A stretch of 64,000 nt of DNA. Source: an uncultured Bacilli bacterium (GTDB taxonomy: Bacteria; Bacillota_I; Bacilli_A; RF39; UBA660). The stretch spans positions 130,684-194,683 of the forward strand of contig CANQID010000001.1 of NCBI GenBank assembly GCA_947623925.1, in the 5' to 3' direction. Below the pieces are notes generated by a model. That model saw nothing but the letters and a program-made list of their open reading frames with translations. It was not told the DNA's origin and did no database searches. Position numbers and translations under genes: made by a program. Within the stretch, counting starts at the first letter, position 1. Each line of letters starts with the position of its first letter. This document shows positions 18,246 through 27,568 of this stretch, piece after piece.

Positions 18246-19904
18246 CTAAAACTTTTCAATTAATTTATTATATCTATTTTCTACTCTTTCTTTACCAAAC
18301 AAATTCATTATTTCATATAAATCCGGAGTATTTGATTTACTAGTTAATGCAACTCTTAAGACAGTTGCTATATCGGCAACATTACCTTTAAATAATTCTG
18401 GATTGTTTTTATATTCTTTCATGTTACTTGCATACCCTAATTCATCTGCAAGTTTTTTTACCTTATCAAACCAAGATTCTTGACTTTCTACATTATAATA
18501 TTTTGAAATATAAGTTTTTAATATTTTTTTAATTTCTTCTTTGTCTGTTATTTTTTGCCATTCATATTCTAAATCTTTATTAAAATATATATCATCATAC
18601 ATATACCATATTAAATTTTCAATATCATAATATTTAGCTATATCTTTTCTTGGTTTTACTTTTTCTCTTTCGATATTTAAAATTGAAGTATAATATTTTT
18701 TATCTTTTTCAATTATTGAAGTTAATGATTCACTATATTTTTTTGCCCATTCGTATGATTTTTCAAATAGTTCTTTTGCACTCATTTTAGATATTATATC
18801 TTTAGAAATATTATCTAATTTATCTAAATCATATAATGCTCCTGAAGAGGACATTTTTTCAGGATTAAATTTAAAATCTAAAAATGTTTTATCTGGATTT
18901 TCTGTATGCCAAATTTCATAATTAGAATTTATAATAGTCATAAGTGATTCAATAACAGCTAATGTTGGATAACCTAATTCATCATAATAACTCATTGATG
19001 CTTCTGGATCTTTTCTTTTTGATATTTTTCTAATGCTTCCACCATCTTTTTTAACAATTAAAGGTGTATGTATATACTTAGGTGGCTCAAAACCAAAAGC
19101 TTCAAACATTTGTATATGTTTTGTAACTGATGGTAGCCATTCCTCTCCTCTTACAACATGTGTTGTATGCATTAAATAATCATCAACAACATGTGCGAAA
19201 TGATAAGTTGGAAGTAAATTATCACTTTTCATTATTACATCATCTATATCGTTTTCATTTAAGTGAAGTCTACCTTTTACTAAATCATTAAAAATTATTT
19301 TATTTTCAAAATCACCGTTTGATCTAAATCTTATTACATATGGTTCATTATTTTTTATTCTTTTAATAGCCTCATCTACACTCATATTATTACAACGAGC
19401 AAATCTTCCATAATATCCTGGTCTCATTTTTCTTTCTTCTTGAGTACTTCTCATTTCGTTTATTTCATCTTTAGTACAAAAGCAAGGATAAGCTCTGCCA
19501 ATTTCTATTAAATGTTTAATAAATGTATGATATATTTCTTTTCTTTCACTTTGTATATAAGGACCGTATTCTCCAACTATTTCTCCTTTATATTCGTATT
19601 CATCTGGAATAATATCATAATGTTTTAATGTTTCCATAATTAATTCTACTGCTTTATCTACTTCTCTTTTTTGATCAGTATCTTCATTTCTAAGATAAAA
19701 TATTCCATTTGAACTTTTTGCTATATTAAAATCAATTAATGCTTGAAAAAATCCTCCTAAATGCATATAACCTGTTGGAGAAGGTGCGAAACGAGTAACA
19801 CATGCTCCTTCATCTAATTTCCTTTTTGGATACATTTTCTCATAATCTTCAATTGTTTTTGTAATATTTGGAAATATTAAATCAGCTAAATCTTTATTTG
19901 TCAT
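18246..19904 (-). CDS. gltX: glutamate--tRNA ligase (long form, 552 aa)
   Basis: class I motifs PSPTGYMHLGG (HIGH) and KISKRK (KMSKS), LRNEDTDQKRE; start moved to ATG 19904 (AAGGAG RBS) because the longer track ORF runs into tRNA-Gln. Confidence 0.85.
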   Translation of the reverse strand: MTNKDLADLIFPNITKTIEDYEKMYPKRKLDEGACVTRFAPSPTGYMHLGGFFQALIDFNIAKSSNGIFYLRNEDTDQKREVDKAVELIMETLKHYDIIPDEYEYKGEIVGEYGPYIQSERKEIYHTFIKHLIEIGRAYPCFCTKDEINEMRSTQEERKMRPGYYGRFARCNNMSVDEAIKRIKNNEPYVIRFRSNGDFENKIIFNDLVKGRLHLNENDIDDVIMKSDNLLPTYHFAHVVDDYLMHTTHVVRGEEWLPSVTKHIQMFEAFGFEPPKYIHTPLIVKKDGGSIRKISKRKDPEASMSYYDELGYPTLAVIESLMTIINSNYEIWHTENPDKTFLDFKFNPEKMSSSGALYDLDKLDNISKDIISKMSAKELFEKSYEWAKKYSESLTSIIEKDKKYYTSILNIEREKVKPRKDIAKYYDIENLIWYMYDDIYFNKDLEYEWQKITDKEEIKKILKTYISKYYNVESQESWFDKVKKLADELGYASNMKEYKNNPELFKGNVADIATVLRVALTSKSNTPDLYEIMNLFGKERVENRYNKLIEKF

Positions 19905-19942
19905 ACCTTTCTCCTTTATATAAAAATAATTAATTAACAAAT

Positions 19943-20017
19943 TGGCTGCCCTAGTTAGATTCGAACTAACGCATGTCGGAGTCAGAGTCCGATGCCTTAC
20001 CGCTTGGCTATAGGGCA
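19943..20017 (-). tRNA. tRNA-Gln (anticodon CUG)
   Basis: TGCCCTATAGCCAAGCGGTAAGGC... with U1-A72, anticodon loop CTCTGAC, TTCGAAT T-loop, encoded CCA. Confidence 0.85.
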
Positions 20018-20168
20018 ATATAACATATTAATTTTATCATACTTTTATATAAAAATTAACATTTTAGTAAAAAAAAGACAAACTTTTTTTGTTGTTATTT
20101 AAAACTTAAAAATTATTTTATTAATTAATAACTTAACATTTACATTTATTCAGTTACAAAAAAAAGAA

Positions 20169-21503
20169 CTAATGTCTTTTTTTCTTATATACTTTTACTT
20201 TATTCATTGTCTCTATATTATTTTCTTTTTCTGATACTTTTTTATTTGCTTCCATTAATAAATCCATAAAAGACTTGAAGAATTCTGCTTTTTTTGTTTC
20301 TAATTTTTCTTTTGTATCTGCTATAATAGTTGGACCAAACTTAATATTATCATAATACATTTCTAATTTATATTGATCTATAGATAATACATTATTGCCA
20401 TATTTATCTATAAGAAATTTCTTTTGTTTATTTTCTACTTGTGCTAAACCTTCTTGAAAATCTGATGCATCTTCATATAGGCATGGAATTACTTCTTTTC
20501 CCTTTTTATTTATATAACCCCATTTACCTTCACTATTTTTAACTCGTGATAATCCTTCATGAAAATCTGATGCATCTTCATATAGGCATGGAATTACTTC
20601 TTTTCCCTCTTTATTTATGTAACCCCAGTTATTTTCACTATTTTTAACTCGTGCTAAACTTTCATAAAAATCTGATACATCTTCATATTCAAATGGAATT
20701 ATTTTCTTGCCTTTCTTATTTATGTAACCCCATTTCCCTTCACTATTTTGTACTTGTGCTAAGCCATCTTGAAAATCTTTTGCAGATTTATATTTACATG
20801 GAATTACTTTCTTTCCTTCTTTATTTATGTAACCACATTTGTCTTCACTATTTTCTACTAGTACTAAACCTTCATGAAAATCTGATGCATATGCATATTT
20901 ACATGGAATTACTTCTTTTCCTTCTTTGTTTATGTAACCAGATCTATCTTCACTATCTATTACTTGTGCTAATCCTTCATGAAAATCATCTAAATATATA
21001 TATTCAGATATATATTTAGATGGAATTACTTTCTTTCCTTCTTTATCTATGTAATCTATGGAATCCAATTCATTCCCTTTATTTTCTGCTTGTGCTAAGC
21101 CGTCATGAAAATCTGATAAATGTATATAGTTACATGGAATTACTTCTTTTCCTTCTTTGTTTATGTAACCATATAGTTTTCTTTGACTATATAGACTTTT
21201 CCAACAAATTGTTACTTTTGCTAAACCTTCTTGAAAATCTGATGCATCTTCATATAGGCATGGAATTACTTCCTTTCCTTCTTTATTTATGTAACCCCAT
21301 TTACCTTCACTATTTTGTACTCGCGCTAATCCTTCATGAAAATCTGATACATCTTCATATAGGCATGGAATTACTTCCTTTCCTTCTTTATTTATATAAC
21401 CCCATTTGCCTTCACTATTTTGTACTCGTGATAATCCTTCTTGAAAGCCAAAAACCTTATTGTATATTTTAATTTTTGTAATTTTAATTTCACAATTATT
21501 CAT
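20169..21503 (-). CDS. WG-containing (KWG) repeat protein
   Basis: 9-10 copies of ..GKWGYINKEGKEVIPCLYEDASDFHEGLA.V.. ; no signal peptide. Confidence 0.8.
   Translation of the reverse strand: MNNCEIKITKIKIYNKVFGFQEGLSRVQNSEGKWGYINKEGKEVIPCLYEDVSDFHEGLARVQNSEGKWGYINKEGKEVIPCLYEDASDFQEGLAKVTICWKSLYSQRKLYGYINKEGKEVIPCNYIHLSDFHDGLAQAENKGNELDSIDYIDKEGKKVIPSKYISEYIYLDDFHEGLAQVIDSEDRSGYINKEGKEVIPCKYAYASDFHEGLVLVENSEDKCGYINKEGKKVIPCKYKSAKDFQDGLAQVQNSEGKWGYINKKGKKIIPFEYEDVSDFYESLARVKNSENNWGYINKEGKEVIPCLYEDASDFHEGLSRVKNSEGKWGYINKKGKEVIPCLYEDASDFQEGLAQVENKQKKFLIDKYGNNVLSIDQYKLEMYYDNIKFGPTIIADTKEKLETKKAEFFKSFMDLLMEANKKVSEKENNIETMNKVKVYKKKRH
20418..21452 (-). repeat. tandem coding repeats inside the WG-repeat gene
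   Basis: near-identical DNA blocks (e.g. catggaattacttc[ct]tttcc[ct]t[ct]tttatttat[ga]taacccca) recur through the gene. Confidence 0.85.
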
Positions 21504-21550
21504 CCTACATTCTCCTCTTTTAGTACAATTTCCCTAACGAATTAAGACTT

Positions 21551-21579
21551 ATTTTATTATTATTTTTATGATTTGTCAA
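21551..21579 (-). promoter_or_regulatory. promoter of the WG-repeat gene
   Basis: minus strand TTGACA - 17 nt - TAAAAT. Confidence 0.6.
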
Positions 21580-21597
21580 GTTAAAATTTCCGTTTAT

Positions 21598-24159
21598 TTA
21601 TTCAGTTCTAAGTGCTTCAACAGGGTCTTTTTTACTTGCAAGTTTAGCAGGTATAAATCCAGCAATAACAGTAAGTAACACACTTATTATTATCAATATA
21701 ATTGCACCATTTATAGGTAATTTAGATAAATTACTTATATTTACCATATTTTTAATAATTATATTTGCAGGAATATTTATTAAAATTGTAACAACTATAC
21801 CAAAAATTCCTGCTATTAATCCTTCTATTAAAGTTTCTGCATTAAATACTCTTGAAATATCTTTTTTACTTGCTCCTATTGCTCTTAAAATACCAATTTC
21901 TTTAGTTCTCTCAATAACAGATATATACGTAATTATAGCAATCATTATTGATGACACTATTAAACTTATTGCAACAAAAGCAATCAAAACTGTACTAATT
22001 ACATTTACAATTGTTGAAACTGAACCCATCATTATACCAACTAAATCTGTGTAATTTATTTTATCTTCTTCACTTTTATCTTTGTTATATTCATCAATTA
22101 TATTAACTATTTCAGTTTTAGAATCAAAATCTTTAGGATAAATAGATATAGAACTTGGATCTTCAAGATCAGCAACTCCTAATTTTTCTAAATTTTCTTC
22201 ATAAGTAGAAGTCATATTTTCTGTATAAGAATTTATAAATTCTGCTAATTCTTTTTGGGATAAACTTTGTAAATAAAGAAGTTGTTCATTAGATAAAGTA
22301 CTCATATCAAATGTTGTATTAGATGTAAATTCTCCACCTGTAAATACATTTATTTTTTCGTTTTTTAATTGTTCTTTTACTATATCTGTTTCATTTGTTT
22401 TATTAATTATATACTCAACTAAATCATGTCTATATCCAATCATACCAGCGCCAGATGATGATACAACTGCTTCTTCATCTGGTTTAATAATTCCAACAAT
22501 TTCTATTTCTTCAGCATCTTTTAATTTTTCTTTTAAATAATTTTCATCTTTTGACATATTAACCCAAAGACCATTTTGTTTTTGATAAAAATCAGTATTT
22601 AATAAAAGTTTAAATTTTAAACCAATTAAGTCACTTGTATTATAAGAAGTTTCATCAAATTTAACTTCTTTACCATTTACCATATTTGTGAATTGTTCTT
22701 TTAAATAATCTTGGTCTAATATTCCTAAACTATATAAAGTATAGTCAGATATTTGATTATTCTTATCTACCTGCAATACAACTTCATTATATTTTTCAGG
22801 CCATCTACCATCTACTAAATTATATTGTTGTTTATTTAATTCTTCATTTCCAAGCATTTCATAAAACACATCGTAATTATTCATCATACTACTATAAGCA
22901 CTTGACATGCCTGTTGTATTCATCCCAAGAGCATTAAATATAGTAGTAGGATTTACTTGTGTTATTTTATCTTTATCTTCTTTATAAAGATTTAATGTTA
23001 TATCATAAGAATATTGTATATTTGATGTATAATTCCCTATATCTGTGTTATCTTCTAAATACTTTTTAAATGTTTTTAAATCATTTGTTTGTATTTGTTG
23101 TGTCATTGTAGTAAACATATCACCCATTATATTTACTGCATGTATTTTGTTATCATTAAATTCTTTTTTTTCTTTAGTTCCCGTAAGTGAAGTTATTAAA
23201 GAACTCATATCAATGCTTTCTTTTTCTATAGTTAAAGGATATGAACTTAGCGTTTCTTCTTCTGTTTTATCAATATATTTTTGTATACCATTAGAAAGCG
23301 ATAATATAAGTGCGATACCTATAATACCTATAGAACCTGCAAAAGCAGTTAAAATTGTTCTTCCTTTTTTAGTAAGTAAATTATTTAAACTTAAAGAAAG
23401 TGCAGTTATATAATTCATAGAAGTTTTTTTTGTTTTTTTCTTCTTTTTATTATCTGTTTCTATTTCTTTTTCTTTTTCATCAATATATGGATTTGAATCA
23501 TCTGTTATTTTACCATCTAATAATTTTATAATTCTTGTAGAATATTCATTTGCAAGGTCTGGATTATGTGTAACCATTATTACTAATTTATCTTTTGAAA
23601 TTTCTTTTAATAATTCCATTATTTGAATACTTGTTTCTGAATCAAGAGCACCTGTTGGTTCGTCTGCTAATAATATATCTGGATCATTTATAAGTGCACG
23701 TGCAATTGCAATTCTTTGCATTTGACCGCCAGACATTTGATTTGGTCTTTTATTCATTTGTTTTTCAAGCCCAACTTTTTTTAATACTTCTATGCTTCTT
23801 TTTCTTCTTTCTTCTTTACCTATTCCAGATAAAGTAAGAGCAAGTTCTACATTTTGTAAAGCTGTTTGATGTGGTATTAAATTATAACTTTGAAATACAA
23901 AACCTACTCTATGATTTCTATAAGTATCCCATGCACGATCATTATATTTCTTTGTTGAAATACCATTTATTATTAAGTCACCTTTTGTATATTTATCTAA
24001 ACCACCTATTATATTAAGTAAAGTTGTTTTACCACTTCCACTTTGTCCTAGTATTGAAACAAATTCACTTTTTCTAAAATTAATACTTATACCGTCAAGT
24101 GCTTTTTGTTTATTACCAGCAACTTCATATATTTTAGTTATTTTATCTAGTTTTAACAT
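21598..24159 (-). CDS. fused ABC transporter ATP-binding/permease protein (MacB/FtsX-type)
   Basis: N-terminal ATPase (GQSGSGKTT, LSGGQMQR, LLADEPTGALD), TM helix, large extracytoplasmic domain, C-terminal FtsX-like 3-TM bundle. Confidence 0.9.
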   Translation of the reverse strand: MLKLDKITKIYEVAGNKQKALDGISINFRKSEFVSILGQSGSGKTTLLNIIGGLDKYTKGDLIINGISTKKYNDRAWDTYRNHRVGFVFQSYNLIPHQTALQNVELALTLSGIGKEERRKRSIEVLKKVGLEKQMNKRPNQMSGGQMQRIAIARALINDPDILLADEPTGALDSETSIQIMELLKEISKDKLVIMVTHNPDLANEYSTRIIKLLDGKITDDSNPYIDEKEKEIETDNKKKKKTKKTSMNYITALSLSLNNLLTKKGRTILTAFAGSIGIIGIALILSLSNGIQKYIDKTEEETLSSYPLTIEKESIDMSSLITSLTGTKEKKEFNDNKIHAVNIMGDMFTTMTQQIQTNDLKTFKKYLEDNTDIGNYTSNIQYSYDITLNLYKEDKDKITQVNPTTIFNALGMNTTGMSSAYSSMMNNYDVFYEMLGNEELNKQQYNLVDGRWPEKYNEVVLQVDKNNQISDYTLYSLGILDQDYLKEQFTNMVNGKEVKFDETSYNTSDLIGLKFKLLLNTDFYQKQNGLWVNMSKDENYLKEKLKDAEEIEIVGIIKPDEEAVVSSSGAGMIGYRHDLVEYIINKTNETDIVKEQLKNEKINVFTGGEFTSNTTFDMSTLSNEQLLYLQSLSQKELAEFINSYTENMTSTYEENLEKLGVADLEDPSSISIYPKDFDSKTEIVNIIDEYNKDKSEEDKINYTDLVGIMMGSVSTIVNVISTVLIAFVAISLIVSSIMIAIITYISVIERTKEIGILRAIGASKKDISRVFNAETLIEGLIAGIFGIVVTILINIPANIIIKNMVNISNLSKLPINGAIILIIISVLLTVIAGFIPAKLASKKDPVEALRTE

Positions 24160-24252
24160 ACTTTCCTCCTTTATAAATATATTTATATTATAGACTTATT
24201 ATTAATAATAATCAACAAAATATATATGAAAATTTTGTGATATTGTAAACAA

Positions 24253-24290
24253 AAAAAATACTACTACAACTTAAGTAATAGTATTTTTTA
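24253..24290 (-). terminator. terminator downstream of the ABC gene
   Basis: imperfect hairpin flanked by A-run/T-run. Confidence 0.45.
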
Positions 24291-24293
24291 ATT

Positions 24294-25280
24294 TTATTTA
24301 ATAATTAATACTTGACCTACTTTTATTAAATTTGGATTACTTCCTATTATAGATTTATTATCATTATATATTTTTTGCCATGTTGTATTATATTTTTTTG
24401 CAATCGAAGTTAAAGTATCTCCTTTTTTAACTGTATATTTTATATTCTCATTTCTACTGTTCATTATTTCATTTACTCTATTTTGAACATCATCATAGTT
24501 ATACCCAGATTGTGTTAATTTTTCTACTCTATCTTTTCCATTTCCCCATAAACCATCAATTACTTCTAAAGCAAGTTGTTCTATTGTTTTTTTAGCAGTA
24601 CTAGGAATATTTGGCTCTTCTTTTGATATTGAATATCCATTTAGACCTTTATTTTTAATTAATGAAGGATAATCTTTATATGCATAATCTTGATCACAAA
24701 CTATACCTGCAACTTTATTAGTTCTTACTTTATTAGTACTTCCACCGAATTGCCAAATTCCTGCTGATATGTTGGTAGGTTTTTGTGTTCCCCAATATGC
24801 TACCCATTTATCATAAGCATTTAAATTATTTAAATTCATTTTATTTTTAAACCAATCAGTATTTGCATATATTACTACATAATATCCTTTGTTTTCTAAG
24901 TATTCACAAAATCCTATAATGGCTTGTGTAACTGCTTCTTTAGATGCTTTTGATTGATAATACGAATCCTCTACATCTATTGCAACAGGATACTCAAATT
25001 GTTTTCCTTTAAGACAATTATCATAAAAATATTTTGCTTCTGCTTCTCCTTCTTCTTTACTTACTGCTCTTGAAAACCAATAACATCCAACTGGAATTCC
25101 TAACTTTTTACATGTATTATAATGTTTTAAAAACGCACTATCTATTGCTTTACCTTTAGATTTACCATACCCTGTAAATCCACCTCTTAGTATAGCGTAT
25201 TTAATTCCTTCTTCTTTTGCTTTAGTTAAGTTTATATTTGTTTGAAATTCACTTATATCTATTCCAAATATTTTTTCCAT
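24294..25280 (-). CDS. GH25 muramidase with C-terminal LysM domain (endolysin/autolysin-like)
   Basis: GH25 start FGIDISEFQ and DVE motif; central G.WGNG.DR...L...GY.Y..VQ..VN motif (CW_7-like, from memory); C-terminal LysM YTVKKGDTLTSIAKKY...VGQVLII; no signal peptide. Confidence 0.85.
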   Translation of the reverse strand: MEKIFGIDISEFQTNINLTKAKEEGIKYAILRGGFTGYGKSKGKAIDSAFLKHYNTCKKLGIPVGCYWFSRAVSKEEGEAEAKYFYDNCLKGKQFEYPVAIDVEDSYYQSKASKEAVTQAIIGFCEYLENKGYYVVIYANTDWFKNKMNLNNLNAYDKWVAYWGTQKPTNISAGIWQFGGSTNKVRTNKVAGIVCDQDYAYKDYPSLIKNKGLNGYSISKEEPNIPSTAKKTIEQLALEVIDGLWGNGKDRVEKLTQSGYNYDDVQNRVNEIMNSRNENIKYTVKKGDTLTSIAKKYNTTWQKIYNDNKSIIGSNPNLIKVGQVLIIK

Positions 25281-25343
25281 TTTACTCCTCCTACATTATT
25301 ATAGTCAGAGTTAAAAATTGGAAGTAATTATAATATTTATCTT

Positions 25344-25988
25344 TTAAAATTTTACGAAATTAAATCCTAATTTCTCGTAAACGTCACGTGCTCTTGGAGT
25401 ATGAAATAATCTTGAAAAAATTAAATTGTATAATTCATCAATTATAAAAATAACACATAAAGTTATTGATATAGTTAAAAATACTTTTTTATTCATTTTT
25501 CTTGCTATTTCAAATAGAAGTGGAATAATTACGTATATTAATAATAATCCTGCAAGTCCAAAAAAACTTACACTTCTAAAGCATACAAAGCCACCAATAT
25601 TACCAAAATTTAATATTTCTTTATTGTAATCCCAACATCTCCATCCATCAAAAAATGTATACATTACATATCCTGAAGCAAACTCTAAAATACCACATAT
25701 AAGCATACTTATTAAAAATACTTTTAATGGATTTTTACGATATTTAAAAGTCAAAAAATAAATAAATAATGCACCATATGCATATATATTTATCCAAGGT
25801 AAAAAGTTACCACCTCTCCAATAAAGATGCTGCATACCTCCATTAAAATAATAAAATATAAATTCAAACCAAAAACCAAATATTCCTGAAATAACAATAA
25901 TTGAACATATAATACCAATAGTAGTAGCTTTATCAAAGTTAGGATTTTCATTTATATACTTGTTATATTTTTCTTTCATAAAACACAC
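25344..25988 (-). CDS. polytopic membrane protein of unknown function
   Basis: ~6 hydrophobic helices; possibly the DUF1113/'ABC-transporter type IV' family (weak recollection). Confidence 0.6.
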   Translation of the reverse strand: MCFMKEKYNKYINENPNFDKATTIGIICSIIVISGIFGFWFEFIFYYFNGGMQHLYWRGGNFLPWINIYAYGALFIYFLTFKYRKNPLKVFLISMLICGILEFASGYVMYTFFDGWRCWDYNKEILNFGNIGGFVCFRSVSFFGLAGLLLIYVIIPLLFEIARKMNKKVFLTISITLCVIFIIDELYNLIFSRLFHTPRARDVYEKLGFNFVKF

Positions 25989-26021
25989 CTCTTAAAAACT
26001 TTTAATAATATTTAATTAAAT

Positions 26022-26534
26022 TTATTTATTATTTTCATTTTCTAATTTTTTTAAACGTCTTAAAATTTCTGTTTGATTTTGCATTATTTTATCTAAATCA
26101 TCATGCAGTGATTCAAGTATAAGTTCACTTTTCAAATCAGTACGATAATCATTTTTATTTCTAATAGTATCTTTCTTTGCCTGTCTATTTTGACTCATCA
26201 TAATAATAGGAGCTTGTAATGATGCAAGACAAGATAGTAATAAATTTAATAATATAAATGGATATGGGTCAATAGAATTTGTAAGCAAAACACCATTAAT
26301 AATAATCCAAATAACTAAAAATATACAAAATGAGATTATAAATGTCCAGCTACCTGCGATTGCAGAAAATTTATCTGCTATTTTATCCCCTATACTCATT
26401 TTTTCATCATTTTCTTTATCGACATCTATTGATATTGGATTATTAATTAATAAATCTAATATCTCTTCTTCATCTTTTTCATCTAAATTTTGATTTAATA
26501 ACATTTTAACAATTTCTTTTTTCTTTTTTTCCAT
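26022..26534 (-). CDS. DUF1003 family membrane protein
   Basis: GSWTFIISF..., DPYPFILLNLLLS.LA.LQAPIIMMSQNRQ motif typical of DUF1003. Confidence 0.75.
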   Translation of the reverse strand: MEKKKKEIVKMLLNQNLDEKDEEEILDLLINNPISIDVDKENDEKMSIGDKIADKFSAIAGSWTFIISFCIFLVIWIIINGVLLTNSIDPYPFILLNLLLSCLASLQAPIIMMSQNRQAKKDTIRNKNDYRTDLKSELILESLHDDLDKIMQNQTEILRRLKKLENENNK

Positions 26535-26665
26535 AATTTATCTCCTATAAAACACATTATAATTATACCACTTATAATTTTAAACTTAAAGATTTTAATT
26601 AATGTTTTATAAATTTTTTTATTAAAATTAATAAAAAAATAACAATATATCATATTGTTATCACA

Positions 26666-27034
26666 CTAAATTTCTAATGCTTTACCATCCTTATAATCAA
26701 AAGTTCCATCAAAACCTTCTACTTTGCAATGTTTAAGTTGGATTTTTTCATCATCTGCAATTATTTTTTCTTTGCAACTAACATTAGCGCCAGTATAATC
26801 TGGTTCTAAATTATTAATATCAATATCAATATCATCTTCTTCTAAAACTAACTGTAAATAATATTCAGACTCTAATGCTTTAGCATATCCTTCTACTGTA
26901 CGTTTTGCTGATTCTTTTTTTGCATTATTGACAGTTTTCTCTACCTCATAAGTTGCAACCAATGAAGCACTTCCACAAGAAGTTAAAACAAATAATAACA
27001 AAATAGTTAAAAAAATATATGTTATTTTTTTCAT
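26666..27034 (-). CDS. small lipoprotein
   Basis: signal peptide with lipobox LTSCGS. Confidence 0.7.
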   Translation of the reverse strand: MKKITYIFLTILLLFVLTSCGSASLVATYEVEKTVNNAKKESAKRTVEGYAKALESEYYLQLVLEEDDIDIDINNLEPDYTGANVSCKEKIIADDEKIQLKHCKVEGFDGTFDYKDGKALEI

Positions 27035-27104
27035 ATTAAATCACTCCTTAAATTGTTTCTTAATATAATTTTTAAATTTACTATATTTATTACGTACAAA
27101 TATA

Positions 27105-27135
27105 ACATAAAAACGACCTTTTTACAAGTCGTTTT
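27105..27135 (-). terminator. terminator after tRNA-Met
   Basis: hairpin aaaacgac/gtcgtttt with 10-nt loop, T-rich tail on minus strand. Confidence 0.55.
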
Positions 27136-27172
27136 CTATTTTTACTCGAATTTTACGAGTTTGATATCAATC

Positions 27173-27249
27173 TGGTAGCGACGGGGAGATTCGAACTCTC
27201 GACCTATCGGGTATGAACCGAGTGCTCTAGCCAACTGAGCTACGTCGCC
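27173..27249 (-). tRNA. tRNA-Met (anticodon CAU, elongator type)
   Basis: GGCGACGTAGCTCAGTTGGCTAGAGC..., anticodon loop TTCATAC, TTCGAAT T-loop, encoded CCA; 1-72 is paired (G-U), so it is not an initiator. Confidence 0.75.
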
Positions 27250-27317
27250 ATAACAACAAAATAATGATAACATATTTAATTTTTTTTTACAATACTAAAT
27301 TTAAAATTATTAATCTT

Positions 27318-27349
27318 TTTTAACTAAAAAGGCATATAAAAATATGCCT
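27318..27349 (-). terminator. terminator downstream of comEC
   Basis: hairpin aggcatat/atatgcct followed on minus strand by TTTTAG. Confidence 0.7.
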
Positions 27350-27568
27350 ATCTATATATAAACGCTAATTTGCGATTAGCGTGCACTAAAAAGCAATTAT
27401 AAACTATTTTTAGTATATACATTTTATAAAATAATATTCATTAAAAAAATTATTACTTCATTAATAATATATTCTTAATATTTAGTTTAGTGTAAACTAT
27501 AAAACTAAATTATAATTTATTAATATTAAATATTTATTTCGTCATATTAACTCATTATGCCCTATTAC

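Noticed and set aside
19905-20018. N-terminal 38 codons of the 590-aa track ORF for gltX
   Set aside because: This extension (MPYSQAVRHRTLTPTCVSS...) is the reverse-strand reading of tRNA-Gln itself. A good AAGGAG RBS precedes the internal ATG at 19904, so the CDS was shortened.
20651-21472. Two plus-strand ORFs (122 and 150 aa) with striking periodic Leu/His/Cys-rich sequence
   Set aside because: They are antisense shadows of the WG-repeat gene. Their periodicity mirrors the sense-strand repeats, and they have no RBS or independent signals.
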